Assembly (NCBI RefSeq): GCF_000143415.4
Contig: NW_003314286.1
Span: 1,027,643 to 1,091,642 of the forward strand
DNA: 64,000 nucleotides
From: Selaginella moellendorffii
Taxonomy: Eukaryota > Plantae > Lycopodiophyta
Reading direction: 5' to 3'
Each line of letters begins with the position of its first letter. Position 1 is the first letter of the stretch. Shown here one piece after another: positions 11,850 to 25,805 of the stretch. A program made the position numbers and the translations under genes. The notes under the pieces were generated by a model. The model did no database searches and had not been told where the DNA came from. It saw nothing but the letters and a program-made list of their open reading frames with translations.

Positions 11850-13760
11850 ATTATAACTTTAAAACCCAGCCAAAACTCAAGAATCTATTCTTAAAACTAG
11901 AGAATTTGATCTTCAATTTTAAGTTCTTCACTTTTCTTGAGTATTTTTTTTCTATCATGGTCAATTTTTTTCTAGCTTGAATGGCTATGAGCATCTAAAT
12001 TGCTTGTAATTGTTTTTCATTGAGTTTTTCTAGCATTACTAGTCTTCTCTTGATTGATTCTCCTTTATTACTTTTATATTGTATTGCCATTCATAATGAA
12101 GAAACAATATACTTGAGTGGTGTTAAAGCTTTTAGGCTAGAAGTGAGTTTGAATAGTTTTGGATGAGATCATCCTAGTCATTTTTATTCATTTTCATGAT
12201 ATTCTTAAGTATATTCTTAAGGGTCTTACTTGTAGACTTGGCCTGGATAATATGGTATTAAAGTTTTATATTTGTATTATGGACTCTTGAGTTTAAATCT
12301 TGATGGTCTTATTTAAGTTTCCATTGTTGAAAAGGTTTGAGAAGAGTTATAAGATAAAGTTTTGAAATCTACTTTTTCAATGCATACTTAATTCTTTAAC
12401 AAATATTACATTTTCAATAAAATGTTGCTAAGGCATGCTAGAGTGTTGGCCACCAAAGTTCTACTTGTAAAATCTTTTAAGCTATGATTTCTTTTATAAA
12501 ATTTCCTTCTACTTGTTTGTAGTGAGGTTTTTTAAATAAATCTTGAATTTCATCATGTTGTACACAACTTTGTAGTTTGTTATCTTGTCATGACTTATAC
12601 AATCTTCCTCCCATAATTAAATATAGTCTTGTTCTCAAGATAAATTGTTTGTATTGGTCGAAGGTGGTGTACTAACTCTATAGTCAAGTAGTAGTAGATG
12701 TCATTTATCAAAGTTAGTGAAGTATAGACTTGCAAAATATTGAAGTTATCCATGTTGCACTTTTGTTATTCACTAGTTGTGATGTAACTAAGCTGATCAA
12801 CTTATTCATCTTTTATAGATGATTTCAAAGTTATATTCTTGACAGAGTAAGAATTATCAAACAATTTTACTAGTGAGGATGGTTTTATTAAAAAGGTGTA
12901 GAACTACTTTATAGTTCATTATGATTTTTATTTTATTGCCAAGTAGGTAATGTTAAAACTTCTAAAGTGTGTAGACCATTCTAAGATCTTCTTTTCTCTA
13001 TGGTGATCTTAGCTTTTAGTTAGTTGGTCTATTTTTAAAATCTTCCCATTATTATAAAAGAATCTTTTTTATTGTGTAGTCTAAGATGTCGACTTCAATA
13101 TTGCAGTCTTTATTATAGTTTTGTTATGCAAGTATTAGAGCTCTTGTCAACAAATTTTTGAGTGTGCTAAAAGCTTTTTGACCCTTTTAAGTCTATTTAT
13201 AGATTTGATTCTTTTTAAAAAGTTTGGTAAGTTGTTTAGCAATCTTTGTATAGTCTTTGATAAATTGTTGATAGTATCCCATTTAATTGAGAAAGGTTTA
13301 AAATTCAGTAATGTTTATTGGATGTTACATGTTAATAATGGCAAGAGTTTTGTCTTTGTTGATAAAGATTCTTTTTTTGCAAACGACACATCCAAGCAAA
13401 ACTCCAATTTTGATGAAGAAAATGCACTTATCAAGATTCGAGATAATATTGTTTTCTCAATATTTGATAAAGTATTTTTTGAGATAGTTGAGATAGCTTG
13501 GTTGTATTTTGAAAAGTTATTATGGAATGAGTCTAATGACTACATCAAGAATTTTGTTAAAGAAGGGAATCAAGAATATGTCTTTTTGTGTTGCATCATT
13601 CAGCTTTTTGTAAATGATGCAAATCTTAAATTTATCATTCTTTTTAGGAACATTGACTAGTGGTAAGTTTTATTCTAAATCTTCTAAATCTTATTTTATT
13701 ATTATTGGTATTGAGGTTGAAACTCTTGAGTTTAAAATTATTACTCATAATTGTCTTGAG
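11850..13760 (-). mobile_element. Heavily mutated Ty3/gypsy pol (RT-RNaseH-integrase)
   Basis: Minus strand gives LVNVPKKNDKFKICIIYKKLNDATQKD (RT start), MGYYQQFIKDYTKIAK (connection), F*HYLLGNK (RNase H), PYYP...STSKTLKNIL (integrase, TPYYPQANGQAE type). Confidence 0.85.
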
Positions 13761-13763
13761 GAT

Positions 13764-13863
13764 NNNNNNNNNNNNNNNNNNNNNNNNNNNNNNNNNNNNN
13801 NNNNNNNNNNNNNNNNNNNNNNNNNNNNNNNNNNNNNNNNNNNNNNNNNNNNNNNNNNNNNNN
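13764..13863. other. Assembly gap (100 N)
   Basis: Run of N. Confidence 1.
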
Positions 13864-14179
13864 CGATAAGATTAGCTTCCCGTATCATAATGTATTATCT
13901 TTAATTTGGTGGAGAAGTTTGATATGCATTCTAGACTCATGTGACTTTAATTACTCTTTAGTACTAACAAATATTCATAGTATATCCTTCTCATTCGTAA
14001 ATTTAGCATTTATGAATTTGTAATTTATAGTTTATTACAATATCTCCTTTGTTCTTGTATTTTATATACTATAACATGTTAATGTTTTTTATTGATTATG
14101 AATTTCTTAAGTATCTTAGTGAGATCTTTTTTTTTCTTTTTTTTTCTTGACTTCAAAATTGTATTCTTCCTCATTATTA

Positions 14180-15560
14180 GATAAGTTTTTATTTCTTAAT
14201 GATTCAGTTTTTGAGAATTTTAGAAGTTTCTTCTCAAGATTATTAATCTTTTTATAAATTTTATTGACAATTATGTTAGCTTTAAAATTGTCAATACAAA
14301 CATTTACTCATAAATCATCTTCAAACCCTATTTACTTTACTCAGTTAGAAAGTCTTTGGAACACTTTCCATAGTATTTGAATTTTCATATGTAATATTCA
14401 ATACTTTTTTTTACTTTTTTATTTGACATGCTTGAGATGTTTGAAATGCTTAGATATAGTTCTACTAGGTTATTATTTTTTAAAAATCTTTTTATTATGT
14501 TTATGAATTTAAGTTTTTCATTAAGGTTCTAGTACTATTTGAATGCTTTGCATTTAAAAGTGAAAGGGAATAAAAACTTTTCATTAGCTTATTATTGATT
14601 AACTTTGATGATTAAATTGAATTATTAAAGATATCTTTCAGTATCTTTCATTTTGCTACTAATGAAGATTGCATAAGTGATCATATTACCATAAAGTGTT
14701 GTTAGGTTGATGAGAGCTATTTCTTTAGCTTCAATTTATATTTACTTTTATGATAATAGTGGATATGATTGGAAATTATCAATACTATATCCTTTATAAT
14801 ATATAGTTTCTAGTGGTAAGTCTTATTTTAAATCTTCTAAATCTTGTTTTGTTAATTTGATTTGAAATGAATTGTTTTTATTTAAGTATTTATTTTCTCA
14901 AGAATTTTTTAAGTTGTTTATCTAGATTATTATTCTTCTTAGAAATTTCGTCAACAATGATATTAATTTTCAAGTTGTTATTAACACTTAACATTATGAC
15001 CATTTGTTGATAGAACTTCTTTAAACTTTATACATACCATATATAATTATGTTACTTGATTAATAAATCTTTATAGTGCTTTACATAGTATATGAATATT
15101 TATATATAATTATTAATGCCTTCTTTAGCCTTTTTGGATACTTTTAAGGTGTTTAAAATGTTTAACTATAGTTATTTTATATTAGTATTTTTCTTTGAAT
15201 CTTTTTATTTTGTCACTGAAATTGAGTTTTTTGTCAAGGTTGTAGCACCATTTGAGTGCTTTGCTTTTGAAAGTGAATAAGAATAAAGTTTTTTATTATC
15301 TTGTTACTGATTAATTTTAATGATCAAGTTAAATTTTTAGAGATGTTTATTGGCACTTTTAGTTTTTTGCTAGTGAAAATAAAATAAATGATTATGTTGT
15401 CATACAGTGTTTTGAGTTGATAAAAGCTATTTCCTTACTTTTAGTTTAAAATTATGTTTCTGATGGTTGTATATGATTTAAAATTATTGGTGTAATTTTA
15501 AGTCTTTAGTGATGGAAAGTCTTATTCTAAAGCTTCTATTTTTTATTTTATTGAGTTTTT
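14180..15560 (-). mobile_element. Two diverged tandem copies (~700-bp period) of a retrotransposon gag segment
   Basis: 14525-14580 aligns with 15237-15295, and 14811-14850 with 15507-15540. Minus-strand LFLFTFKSKALKWCYNLDKNSI matches the Retrotrans_gag LFPFxLxGxAxxWyxxL motif. Confidence 0.7.
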
Positions 15561-17152
15561 GATTTTAGTTATATTATTTTGATATGATTCACCAACTTAT
15601 GCAGTTTAATTTTTTTTGCTGTAGTTGTTAATGATGTTATTAAAGATTGTTTCTAGTTAAGGATTATAAACCTTACTCCCCTTCAAAGATGTCAATGTCC
15701 TCATTGAACTTTACTGAGCCAAAGTGAACTAACACCTCCAATCCGCACTACTAATCCTTCCATTATATAAACGTATATAGATGCCTAATACTACGTATAA
15801 TTTTAAATTTAGAGGTAAAAATATATCTTGCTTAAAGGTATATTATATTTTTTAAGTAGCCATTAATTAATGGGAATTAAACTTATGCTATTTACTCCGA
15901 TACCATATATAGCACACTCTATCTTTCTCTCCTTAATCCAATTAAAAAATGGGTAATTATTTGATGAAAAAGCTCTTAGTGGCTTTTTTATCCTTATTTA
16001 TCCCCAAGGTTCCAAAGATCCACGGTGATAGTAAATCTTAATTTTATCCTATGATCACATGTGCTACAAAAATCCTAATGAACTAGTTGCAATTCCACAT
16101 ACAACTACCAAATGCTCAAACCAACCTTGAAGCTATAACTTTGAAGCAAAGTAAAGAACTTTGACAACATACATCCTATGTTTAAATATGCATATTGTTA
16201 ATCTTTTGAAACCACTATTAATTTGGACTCATGACTATAAATAGAACATACCTCTACATCTTTTCATCAGTTAACATCCAAGACACATATTAATTTAGAC
16301 TTATAACTTTTGTTCTTACCTAACACTATACATAAGAGATCAAACTCACTCAATTTGTTCTTTATATCCTCTATATCCCCTCTTTAAGGGAAAAAAAGTT
16401 TTGAAGCATTAACTTCATTTAGAGTTATTTACCATTTATATTCAGCCTCACTCAATTATTGCATTCATTTAGCCTTATTATGTTAAGGTAAAATGTTTCA
16501 TTTGGACTCATTATGCTCATCCTCACTCCACAATCCATGTCATCTATCTTTATTGCACTACCATATTTGCTTGTCTTCATTGCATTGTTGAGGTTGAACT
16601 CCTATTTGTCCCCTTTATCCTCTCCTTCGAAAAAAAATAAGTTTGAAATGTCAAAAGTAAAAAGGAGAAAGCAAGAAAAAAGATAAAGGAGCATTAGAAG
16701 AGGAATTTTTAAATAATTGTCAAAATAAAAATAAGGAAAAAAGAAAGAAATATGTTCAAAACTTGGAGAACAAAGGATTTACTATGATAAAATTTTTTAG
16801 TTAACATGAGATAAATAAAAGATTCACACTGTTTAACCATATTTAACATTTAAAACAGGAAAATCAATAGAAAAATTTACACTCTCAAGGAAATATATAA
16901 CCTCTTAGTAATAATAATAAAACAAAAGCTCTCAATAGTATTTACAATTGGGGATATGCACTAAATTTGAAAATATATGACGATCAAAATAAGTAAATTG
17001 ATATATTTTTTCTTTGTTACATGTTTTTTTTTTTGTCTTATCTCTTATATATTCTATATCTTTAAAAAATCATTACTTTTTTCATTTTAAAATAAGTGAA
17101 GTGAATTTTCAAAGCAGAATTTACCTACTAGGGTTTTGGCTTACTTGTATCA

Positions 17153-17695
17153 ATGGCGATGGCGTCTTGGAGCCCCAGCTCTGTGCGGTGCTCTCCCTTG
17201 CCGCCTAAGCGATTGCGGCATCCGGTCGCCTCGGTGATGGAGTGCAAGGTGCTGCATTGCCCTCGATCGATCATATCTCTGGCATTTTGTGAGTTTTCTC
17301 GGCGGTGCTTGTGTCTTCAGATCCGGGAAAAGCTTGGAGCAGACAATGTTGTGGTCAAGGATGCGTATGGCGATGGAGAGTATCTGAGGTGCGGATTTCG
17401 TTAATTTCCCGTGGAATCTTGTTGTTTACATTTTCCTGTTCGTTCTTTTCTTTCTGACAGCATCAGCGTCGTTGCATCGGTGTTCCAGGGAAAATCGAAG
17501 ATAGATCGCCAGAAGATGGTCTACAAAGCTGTGTGGGATGAAGTGAAATATCAGGAGCACGTTATTGAGCAAATCAGGATGGAGACTCCTGAAGAAGCGT
17601 CGGGTAAACTGAACTCCATACAAGGCTTGAGATTGATCAATTTCTTGGCTTTTTTATTGTTCTTTTTGACAGGATTGGAGCAGACACATCTCTAA
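17153..17695 (+). CDS. Divergent BolA4-like paralogue (exons about 17153-17248, 17321-17388, 17461-17603, 17673-17695)
   Basis: [22 protein letters not shown] / SISVVASVFQGKSKIDRQKMVYKAVWDE...EH...TPEE. Same first two intron positions as the BolA at 24760-25521. Confidence 0.8.
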
Positions 17696-18225
17696 ATCCA
17701 GGCAAGTGTTCACATCCTTGCAACATTGTGTAGATTTTTCCTTTTCTCTTTCAGGATATATGAAAGACTTAGTTCCCCCGTTGTGTGTAAAAGTACCTTG
17801 TACCCTGGCTGCCGCGGCTGCAATGTCAAATGAATCAACAAAAGCAACTTTTGTTCGCTGCCGCGCGGTATTTAGTATTTTTATTCTTATCACATTGCAT
17901 GTGTTTGGCAAGCTTTAACATGTCTTTGTCGAATTTTCTTGGCATGTGAGCGGGATGTGATCTGCGAAGATCTTTTGCAAGGTGTACGACAGCGCAGTAA
18001 GAATTTTGGACCTTAGCTTAAATAGGTGTCTTATTAATCACGGTCATTAGTCAGAACACTAGTTTGAGCGATGCCATTGGAAATCACGTTCGCAACTTTT
18101 GCAGGAAAAAAAAACAAAAAAAATAATAACTCATCTCCAAGAGCCTATAGTCTGTACAGCAGAATCCAAACTTGTGCAGTCGGCAAGGTACTCGCGCAAT
18201 ATGTGGAGTGAATTTTTATATTTCC

Positions 18226-19617
18226 TCACAGCCTCTGCATTTGTAGGAGCAAGATCGCGAAAACATGAAAGACTGCCGACGAGAAGCTCGCTACACTGCT
18301 GCTAGCAGGCAAACCGGCTGGAGATCCACCCCGTGTCGAGGACGAAAGTGAACTGCAAGGTGCTAATCCCAAGGCATCCGGGACGTCACTCACCATCGAG
18401 TGCTCGTAGCACAGTCCTGTGTTATTCCTGACGATGAGATTGCGTCCAAGCCTTCCGACTAAACTCGAAGTGAATGGAACCGGGCCGAACAAGGAGTTTG
18501 CGCTGAGATTCATGTGGTAGAGGTTCGGCAGCGTGCCGATGTTGGAAGGGATCCGTCCGGAGAACTGGTTGCCGTCGAGAGACAGGGAATTGAGCTTCTG
18601 CAACGCACCGATAGACGCTGGTATTGGTCCAGCGTAGCGTGAATTGGAGAGACCGACTGCGATTAAGTTCCCGAGACTGTCCCAGATGTTCGGAAGCTCC
18701 GCACCGATGAGATTGCTTCCGAGAAACAGATACTGGAGGCTGGCGAGCTGTCCCAACTTGTCCGGAAGACGGCCGCTGAGATTGTTATAGCTCAAGTCGA
18801 GGAACTGGAGAGCCTGGAGGTTGCAGATATCTTCAGCAATTGGACCCTGTAGCCGGTTGTGACTCAAGTCCATCTTCTGGAGCTCCGCAAGCGAATACAG
18901 CTGAGACGGGATCTCTCCGGTAAGCTTGTTCTCACTCAAGTCGAGTATGACGAGACTCGTCAGGCCGCCAATGGTTCGAGGGACGCGACCAGCGAGACGA
19001 TTGTGACTAAGAACCAGCTGCCTCAGAGTTTGCAAGTTGCCTACCTCCGCTGGGATCGCTCCTTCCAGACTGTTCTCCGCGAGGACGAGCCTCTCCAAGC
19101 TGGTGAGATTTCCCAGTTCCACGGGGATGGTGCCTACGAGAGAAGGATTGTTCTGGAAAGTGAGGTGCTGGAGCGTGTCCTTGAGCTGGATTATCTCCGG
19201 GGGTATGGACACAGGCGAGTGGACGAAGCACTTGTAGAAGAAGAGCTTCTTGAGGTGCTTGAATCTGAAAATTGCGGGGTGGATGGAGGCGTTGAAGCTG
19301 CATGGAGGATTGTTGACGTAGTCGGACACCCAGCCGAGGTTGAGCTCCACGACGTGGTAGACGTTGTTGGAGTCGATGTCGCAGGCTATGCCGTGGGGGC
19401 CTCCGGTGCAGGGATCGCCTGGGAACATCCCCTTCCAATCAATCTCGTAGTTGATTCCCTGCAAGACTTGGAAGACGGCCGCTGCTTCGACTGGATCTGT
19501 GACCGGCTCCTCCTGAGCGTTCATCTGCTGCGACCGAGACAAGACTACGAGGCAGAAGCTCAAGAGCAGGAGGAAGAGCGAAGACGAGGAGGAGGAAACG
19601 AAAGCCGCCGCCGCCAT
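18226..19617 (-). CDS. Intronless LRR receptor-like protein of the TMM/PII-2/RLP29 group, probably GPI-anchored
   Basis: Signal peptide, N-cap DPC..GPHGIAC...HVVELNLGWVSDY.NNPPC...FKHLKKLFFYKCF, about 10 plant LRRs (LxxLxLxxNxLxGxIP), C-cap N.GLC, Ser-rich linker and hydrophobic tail. ATG at 19617; TATA-like CTTATAAG about 40 bp upstream. Confidence 0.9.
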   Translation of the reverse strand: MAAAAFVSSSSSSLFLLLLSFCLVVLSRSQQMNAQEEPVTDPVEAAAVFQVLQGINYEIDWKGMFPGDPCTGGPHGIACDIDSNNVYHVVELNLGWVSDYVNNPPCSFNASIHPAIFRFKHLKKLFFYKCFVHSPVSIPPEIIQLKDTLQHLTFQNNPSLVGTIPVELGNLTSLERLVLAENSLEGAIPAEVGNLQTLRQLVLSHNRLAGRVPRTIGGLTSLVILDLSENKLTGEIPSQLYSLAELQKMDLSHNRLQGPIAEDICNLQALQFLDLSYNNLSGRLPDKLGQLASLQYLFLGSNLIGAELPNIWDSLGNLIAVGLSNSRYAGPIPASIGALQKLNSLSLDGNQFSGRIPSNIGTLPNLYHMNLSANSLFGPVPFTSSLVGRLGRNLIVRNNTGLCYEHSMVSDVPDALGLAPCSSLSSSTRGGSPAGLPASSSVASFSSAVFHVFAILLLQMQRL

Positions 19618-22600
19618 GGTTTGTGGAAGTTCTCCAGGAAGGAGAAAGAGGTGCAACCTTATAAGAGAAGATGGCTGCACACACAGTGGATGGTGGGTGA
19701 ATGAGCTCTCTCAAATAGTATGCGGAACTCACAGGGATTGGTAACCGGACCGGCCAACTGCTTTCACAGGATGGAACTTTGCGGGCAGCTAAAGACAATG
19801 ATTAGCCGCTGCGGCTCATTTATCTCAAAATGGCCAGACATCCTCGCTCCAAACAGGAGCAAAAGGTGGGACGAAGCGCCATTTATACATGCGCAGCTGA
19901 GTGGAAGCTAGAGGCGATATCGGAATGTCAATGCAGAGCAGGAAACAGAACGGGCAAAGTTAGAAGAAAAAAAAGGATGGGCAGCAGAAGCAAGAAACAA
20001 AAATCATCAACCGGGAAGCGGAAGTAGAAGTGGGGCTACAGTAAATGACAACAGAACATCGCTGTGATGCAACTAAAGACAGGCACAGGGGAAGGCAGGC
20101 TTTACGCTCAGTCTGGGATTTATATACATATGTGGATCATGGAGGCGGCAGGCACAGTGAGGATCAGAATGGAGGCGGTCCTTTGTGCTGATAAAAGTCC
20201 AAACCACTCGAGAGGGAGCATCTACAGATTTGCGACAAACACTTCACAAAGAGGAGCGGGAACAGGAACAAGCTTCATATGGGACCTGTTCATCGGCCAG
20301 TGGCGAGAGCATTATTTGCGGTGGATGAAGGTAACAAAGCGCCTGACTCTCTTGGTCCCCCTTCTCCCTCTTAACCCAGCCAGCCAACCAGCCAGCCAGC
20401 CCGCCAGCCGAGCCTTATAGCAAGCCAGTCACTCCTTTTCGAGCTCGGCTTCTTCTTAGCCCTGCTGTCCCCACATTTGCTTTCGTCTCTTCTCTCTTTC
20501 TTTCTCTTTCACCTTAGCACTTGCCAACATCGTCCCGTACAGAAAGGCATGGTGCTCGTGCCTTTTCCCTGTGTGGCCCGCATCGCTCATTCCATCGCTA
20601 AAACCGCTGCATCTTTGGCAGCAAGTGTGCAGCCTTCTCCTGAGATCTCCTTCTCGCTCTTCGCACTTGTCGAGCTAACGAACTTGTCTCGCTAACGTGA
20701 AAGTGCAGGAGGGATAAATATATAGGGGGAACTATAGGCGGAAAACAGAAGGGAAGCCAGAGAAGTACATGACAAGAGGACGACTGCTCAGTGAGCCGAG
20801 CAGCCCAAGTCTGAAATCATTGAACAGCGCTTGGGGACAAAGCGGAGTCTGGAGCTAGCGGCCGCGGGGAAGATGGGAAGGGACAGGTATTTCTCATAAA
20901 CCTTCAAGACTTTCTTGATCACACTTACAACAAGGAAAGCGTTTGCAAGGAAGAAAGGAAGGAAGAAGCTATAAAGTGTTGGCCGTTTCAGACTGGGCGT
21001 GATCAGCCATTTGAGGTAAAACAATTTGCAGTGCAGTGTGAAGCCAAGGGCGAAACAACACTTACGAGGGACACAACAAAGTTTAGAAGATAAACAAGAA
21101 AAAGAAACGAGAGCGAGTGAAGGTATGTAATGCTGCTAGCGGTGTGGTGGCTGATATATGGTGGAAGCTTATTGCCAGGATAAAGAGCACAGAGCATTGA
21201 CAGGCGTGCATTGGAATGCGGACAGCAACTTCCGTAAAAAGGTATGGTGGCGATATTGTTTACATTGTCAGCTGTTTGTGACCATCGGTGGCGGTGGATG
21301 CAACACACATCCCCCTTGAAACAGGCTGCCAAGGGCACATGAAGCCGTACCTTGTGCTTTGAGGTTGAGCGACATGCTCTCTCCAATTGCTGCTGCCAAC
21401 ATTGCACTTGTCCATTTATTAACTGGTCCCGCGGCTGCAGAATCACGCAAATTGTTCGCAAAACCATCCATCAAGAGGTATTAAGATCGACTTGAAGCGT
21501 AGAGTTTCGTTTGGTGTGGCTGTGGTACCATGTACAGGTGTGATTAGCTCGGACGTTACAAGAAAAATGCGCTGGCTTTCATTCGCGATTGTGCAAAGTA
21601 CTGAGAAAAGTTGCACTGCTATATAGTGAGTGATTGATCATTCTTCCTCGTCTAAACCAAGTTGCAGGACTAAAAACTATCTAGTATGTGCGAGGTACAT
21701 GCCTGTACGCGTCTGGAGGGACATCGCAAACTGCAGCAGGCCGGCCATACAGCCAGGAGGTTTACTTAACAAACCCGAGGTTTGTCTTGAGAACTTTGAA
21801 AACCATGATGCAAACTCGAGCTTTGTCTTTGTTGACATTGAAAACTCTCAGCAGCGGGGCAGCGGCGGCTCTCGAGCGACTCCGTTTTCGTGTCAAAACG
21901 GGCTCCCCAAAGGTAACGGACGGAAGTTACCTTGCATCAATTTCGTCTCGTAAATGCAGCGATAGACGACTTGCCTCGCTCGCTCGCTAGCAAACTCTTG
22001 CACTGTGAAGGAAACGAGCGCGTCGACAACGACGAGTGCACCATACTTAATGTCACCGTCTCAAGATCATCTCTCAAGATCATCGTTTTTCCTAATTCCA
22101 GGTTTGATATGCTAGCTATTGCCATAACAAATCTGGACCACGGTATTCCATCTAGTGCAGGACATACAGGAGCGATTCGTGGTCCCCACTGTAACGGATG
22201 CTCGTCATAAACATCAGCGCTGCTGCGAGGAGGAAACACACAGCCAGCCTCCGGGTGAGGTGAGAGAGCCTACTTTTCTCCTTCCTCCTAGTCTTGCATT
22301 TCTCTTAGTAGCTACACTTGCAGACTTGCAGTGGTGTGTGTGTGTGTGTGTGTGGATGATTCTGTTGCATGTCGTTGACGTTTGCTGTGAGAGAGCTGGG
22401 GACTGTTACGGGGTTGCTGTCGTACGTCAGAGATCTCGTTTTGACTTTAATTGCCTTCTTTGCATGGTTGATGAGTGAGTTGGTTCCTTTGATTGGTGGT
22501 GTTGCTTGTGAAGGCTGGCTCCGTTAAGAAGCTGCAAAGTTTTCTTGATTGGGCAAGGATGCGCGCTCCTTAATCGCGCTGCTGCCGGTGTTTTGATGTG

Positions 22601-23596
22601 CAACAGGGACGTCCACTCGCCAACAGTGGAAAGGCCGGTTGCTGTCAAGTTATTTTGAGTACGTCTCCAAGGTTCATACGCGCAGGGATTGTAAGCCTCA
22701 ATCGCGAGCGGAGCGAGATGGAAAGAGCAGCTCCGAAAGAGAGTGAGAGAAAGAGAGGGAGATGTGTAAAGAGGTAAGCTTTTTAAGTTCTTGCAATCAA
22801 TGCCGGGCTCTCAGAGTTATTGCCAACAGCTGTCCGGTGAACCCCGTTTGTGGGATTCAACAGCGCAGACAGCGACGGAGGGGTGAGCCGGGGATGAGGA
22901 AAAACAAACATTTAAATTTAGCGGAAGGAAGGAGATGTCGCTGAGAAGCGAAAGAAACGAGCGAGCAAAGCGCGCAACTAAGCAGTGAATGCGGCTGTGA
23001 AAGGGAAGGATACCATTTACAGAAAGGAAGAAGATTTCTCGCGTACGAGTTGGAGGGCGATTCAAATCATTGGCACCATTCGGACAAACCATGATTGTCG
23101 ATGGACACTTGTCCCGACGAGCGACGAACTTCCTCGTACGTATGTTCTTCCTTTTGCTTTCTCGGATCCACAACCAACTCGGGTACTCACGAACGATATG
23201 ATATGATTTGCAGATTGGTTTTCGCAGCTACGTACGCGTCCCGAATCTGCCTAAGAAGCTACCAATCCAGCCATGGTTTATGCGTGAGTGTCTTGTAGGT
23301 AGCTCATACTTACGCTTCCTCGCTTCATTCATCGTCATTCATAACAGGCTCATGATACACACACAGCTCTTTCCTTTGACTGCTCGTGAGCATGCATGAT
23401 CATTCGAGCGTGTGTGTCTGTGTGTGCGTAGTTTGCGTGATTGAATTGCAAAGTCATGAGCCTTTCTCTTCTTTTGCTCTTTTCATTTCAATTCCGTGGG
23501 AAATGATAGCACAGTCCTGCTGTTAGTTAGATTAAGAGCTGCATATGGATGGCTTTGCCCGTGACGCTGTGATTTTGTCAAGCCAAGTTGGATTCA

Positions 23597-24697
<1,101 letters not shown>

Positions 24698-24759
24698 AAA
24701 CCCTAAAACTCTGTTTTTAGGGCTTTTTAATAAACCCCTAAAGTTTTGTTTTTTAAATT

Positions 24760-25521
24760 CTAGCTCTTGGCCTCGGCTGGAGTTTTGGTCTTGAGCTGGT
24801 CCACGGCGTGGACGGCGTTCTGGAGCTCTTCCCAGATGGCCTTGTACACCATTCTTTGCCTGTTTACTTGGGATTGGCCCTCGAAAACTTCGGCCACAAC
24901 CTCGATGCTGTGGAAAGAAAGAAAAAGAAAGAAAGAATTTGTCACTGTGGGATGGGATGCAATCCAAAGTGATGATTTCAATCGAAGTATCAACGACCAA
25001 AGACATGGAGGAATGGAATTCCAGAAGAAGATGATGGAGATTCCCCAAGCAACAGAGAAAAGGAGAAGAAAATGCGTCTACGAACTTCCAAAAGGAAAAA
25101 AAGAAAGAGGGAAGAACAGTACCTGACATGTCGCCCATCTCCATACGCGTCCTTGACGGTCACCTCTTGTGCGTTTAGCTGCTCTTGAATCTGACCATAG
25201 AAAAAGTAAGAGAATCTAATCACACTCAATCGAATCGCCCACCTTGGATTGCATCCCAGCGATCAAGGAATCTACAGATCCGGGGCCGGAGACATCCGCC
25301 GCTCTGACGCAAAACCTCCGCCACGCCGCCTCGCCCGCCCTGTCCCGCGATCGGGGCTTTTGAAATGCCGAGCGCAAAAATCCCCTGCTGCTGCCGCCAC
25401 CCAGGCAGCTGCTCGATCCCAATCCGCGCATTCGCAGCAGACCTATCATGCCCGGTCGATTCGCAGCCAGCACAATCGCAGCGGCGCCGCCGTGAGCAAT
25501 CCTCGCCATCGCTAGCGCCAT
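24760..25521 (-). CDS. BOLA4: BolA4-type protein with organellar transit peptide (3 exons)
   Basis: Transit peptide MALAMARIA...RRFCVRA, then [60 protein letters not shown]. Confidence 0.92.
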
Positions 25522-25805
25522 TGGAAGAATTTAGGGTTCTTGGAAAGGAATCAAGGAATCTCACGAATATGCTTACACTAATTGAGCATATCCCTTGATT
25601 ATTTGAAATTGCGATAACGCTGACACACTCCTTTTATTGCCGAGTTTCTATTTGGGCTCACGGAATCGCGACCAAAAAATAAAAACGTTTACGCGCTCTT
25701 CGACCGCCACGTTTTTAACGAGCCTTGGGTGCGTTCGCTATTAGGGTTCTGACGCTGCAAGGTACGCAGCAGCTTAGATTCGATCGCGTTGTCACGAAAT
25801 TTCAG

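Noticed and set aside
17808-17868. Hairpin AACAAAAG/CTTTTGTT with GC-rich flanks
   Set aside because: Short, no box motifs, plausible by chance.
18859-19704. 281-aa antisense ORF over the LRR gene (and similar antisense ORFs over the PPR, PDC and SECE1 genes)
   Set aside because: Codon-bias mirror of the real genes.
20082-20575. miR408-like complementary pair (CACAGGGGAAGGCA / TGCCTTTTCCCTGTG)
   Set aside because: Arms are about 470 nt apart, short, and do not match the mature miRNA.
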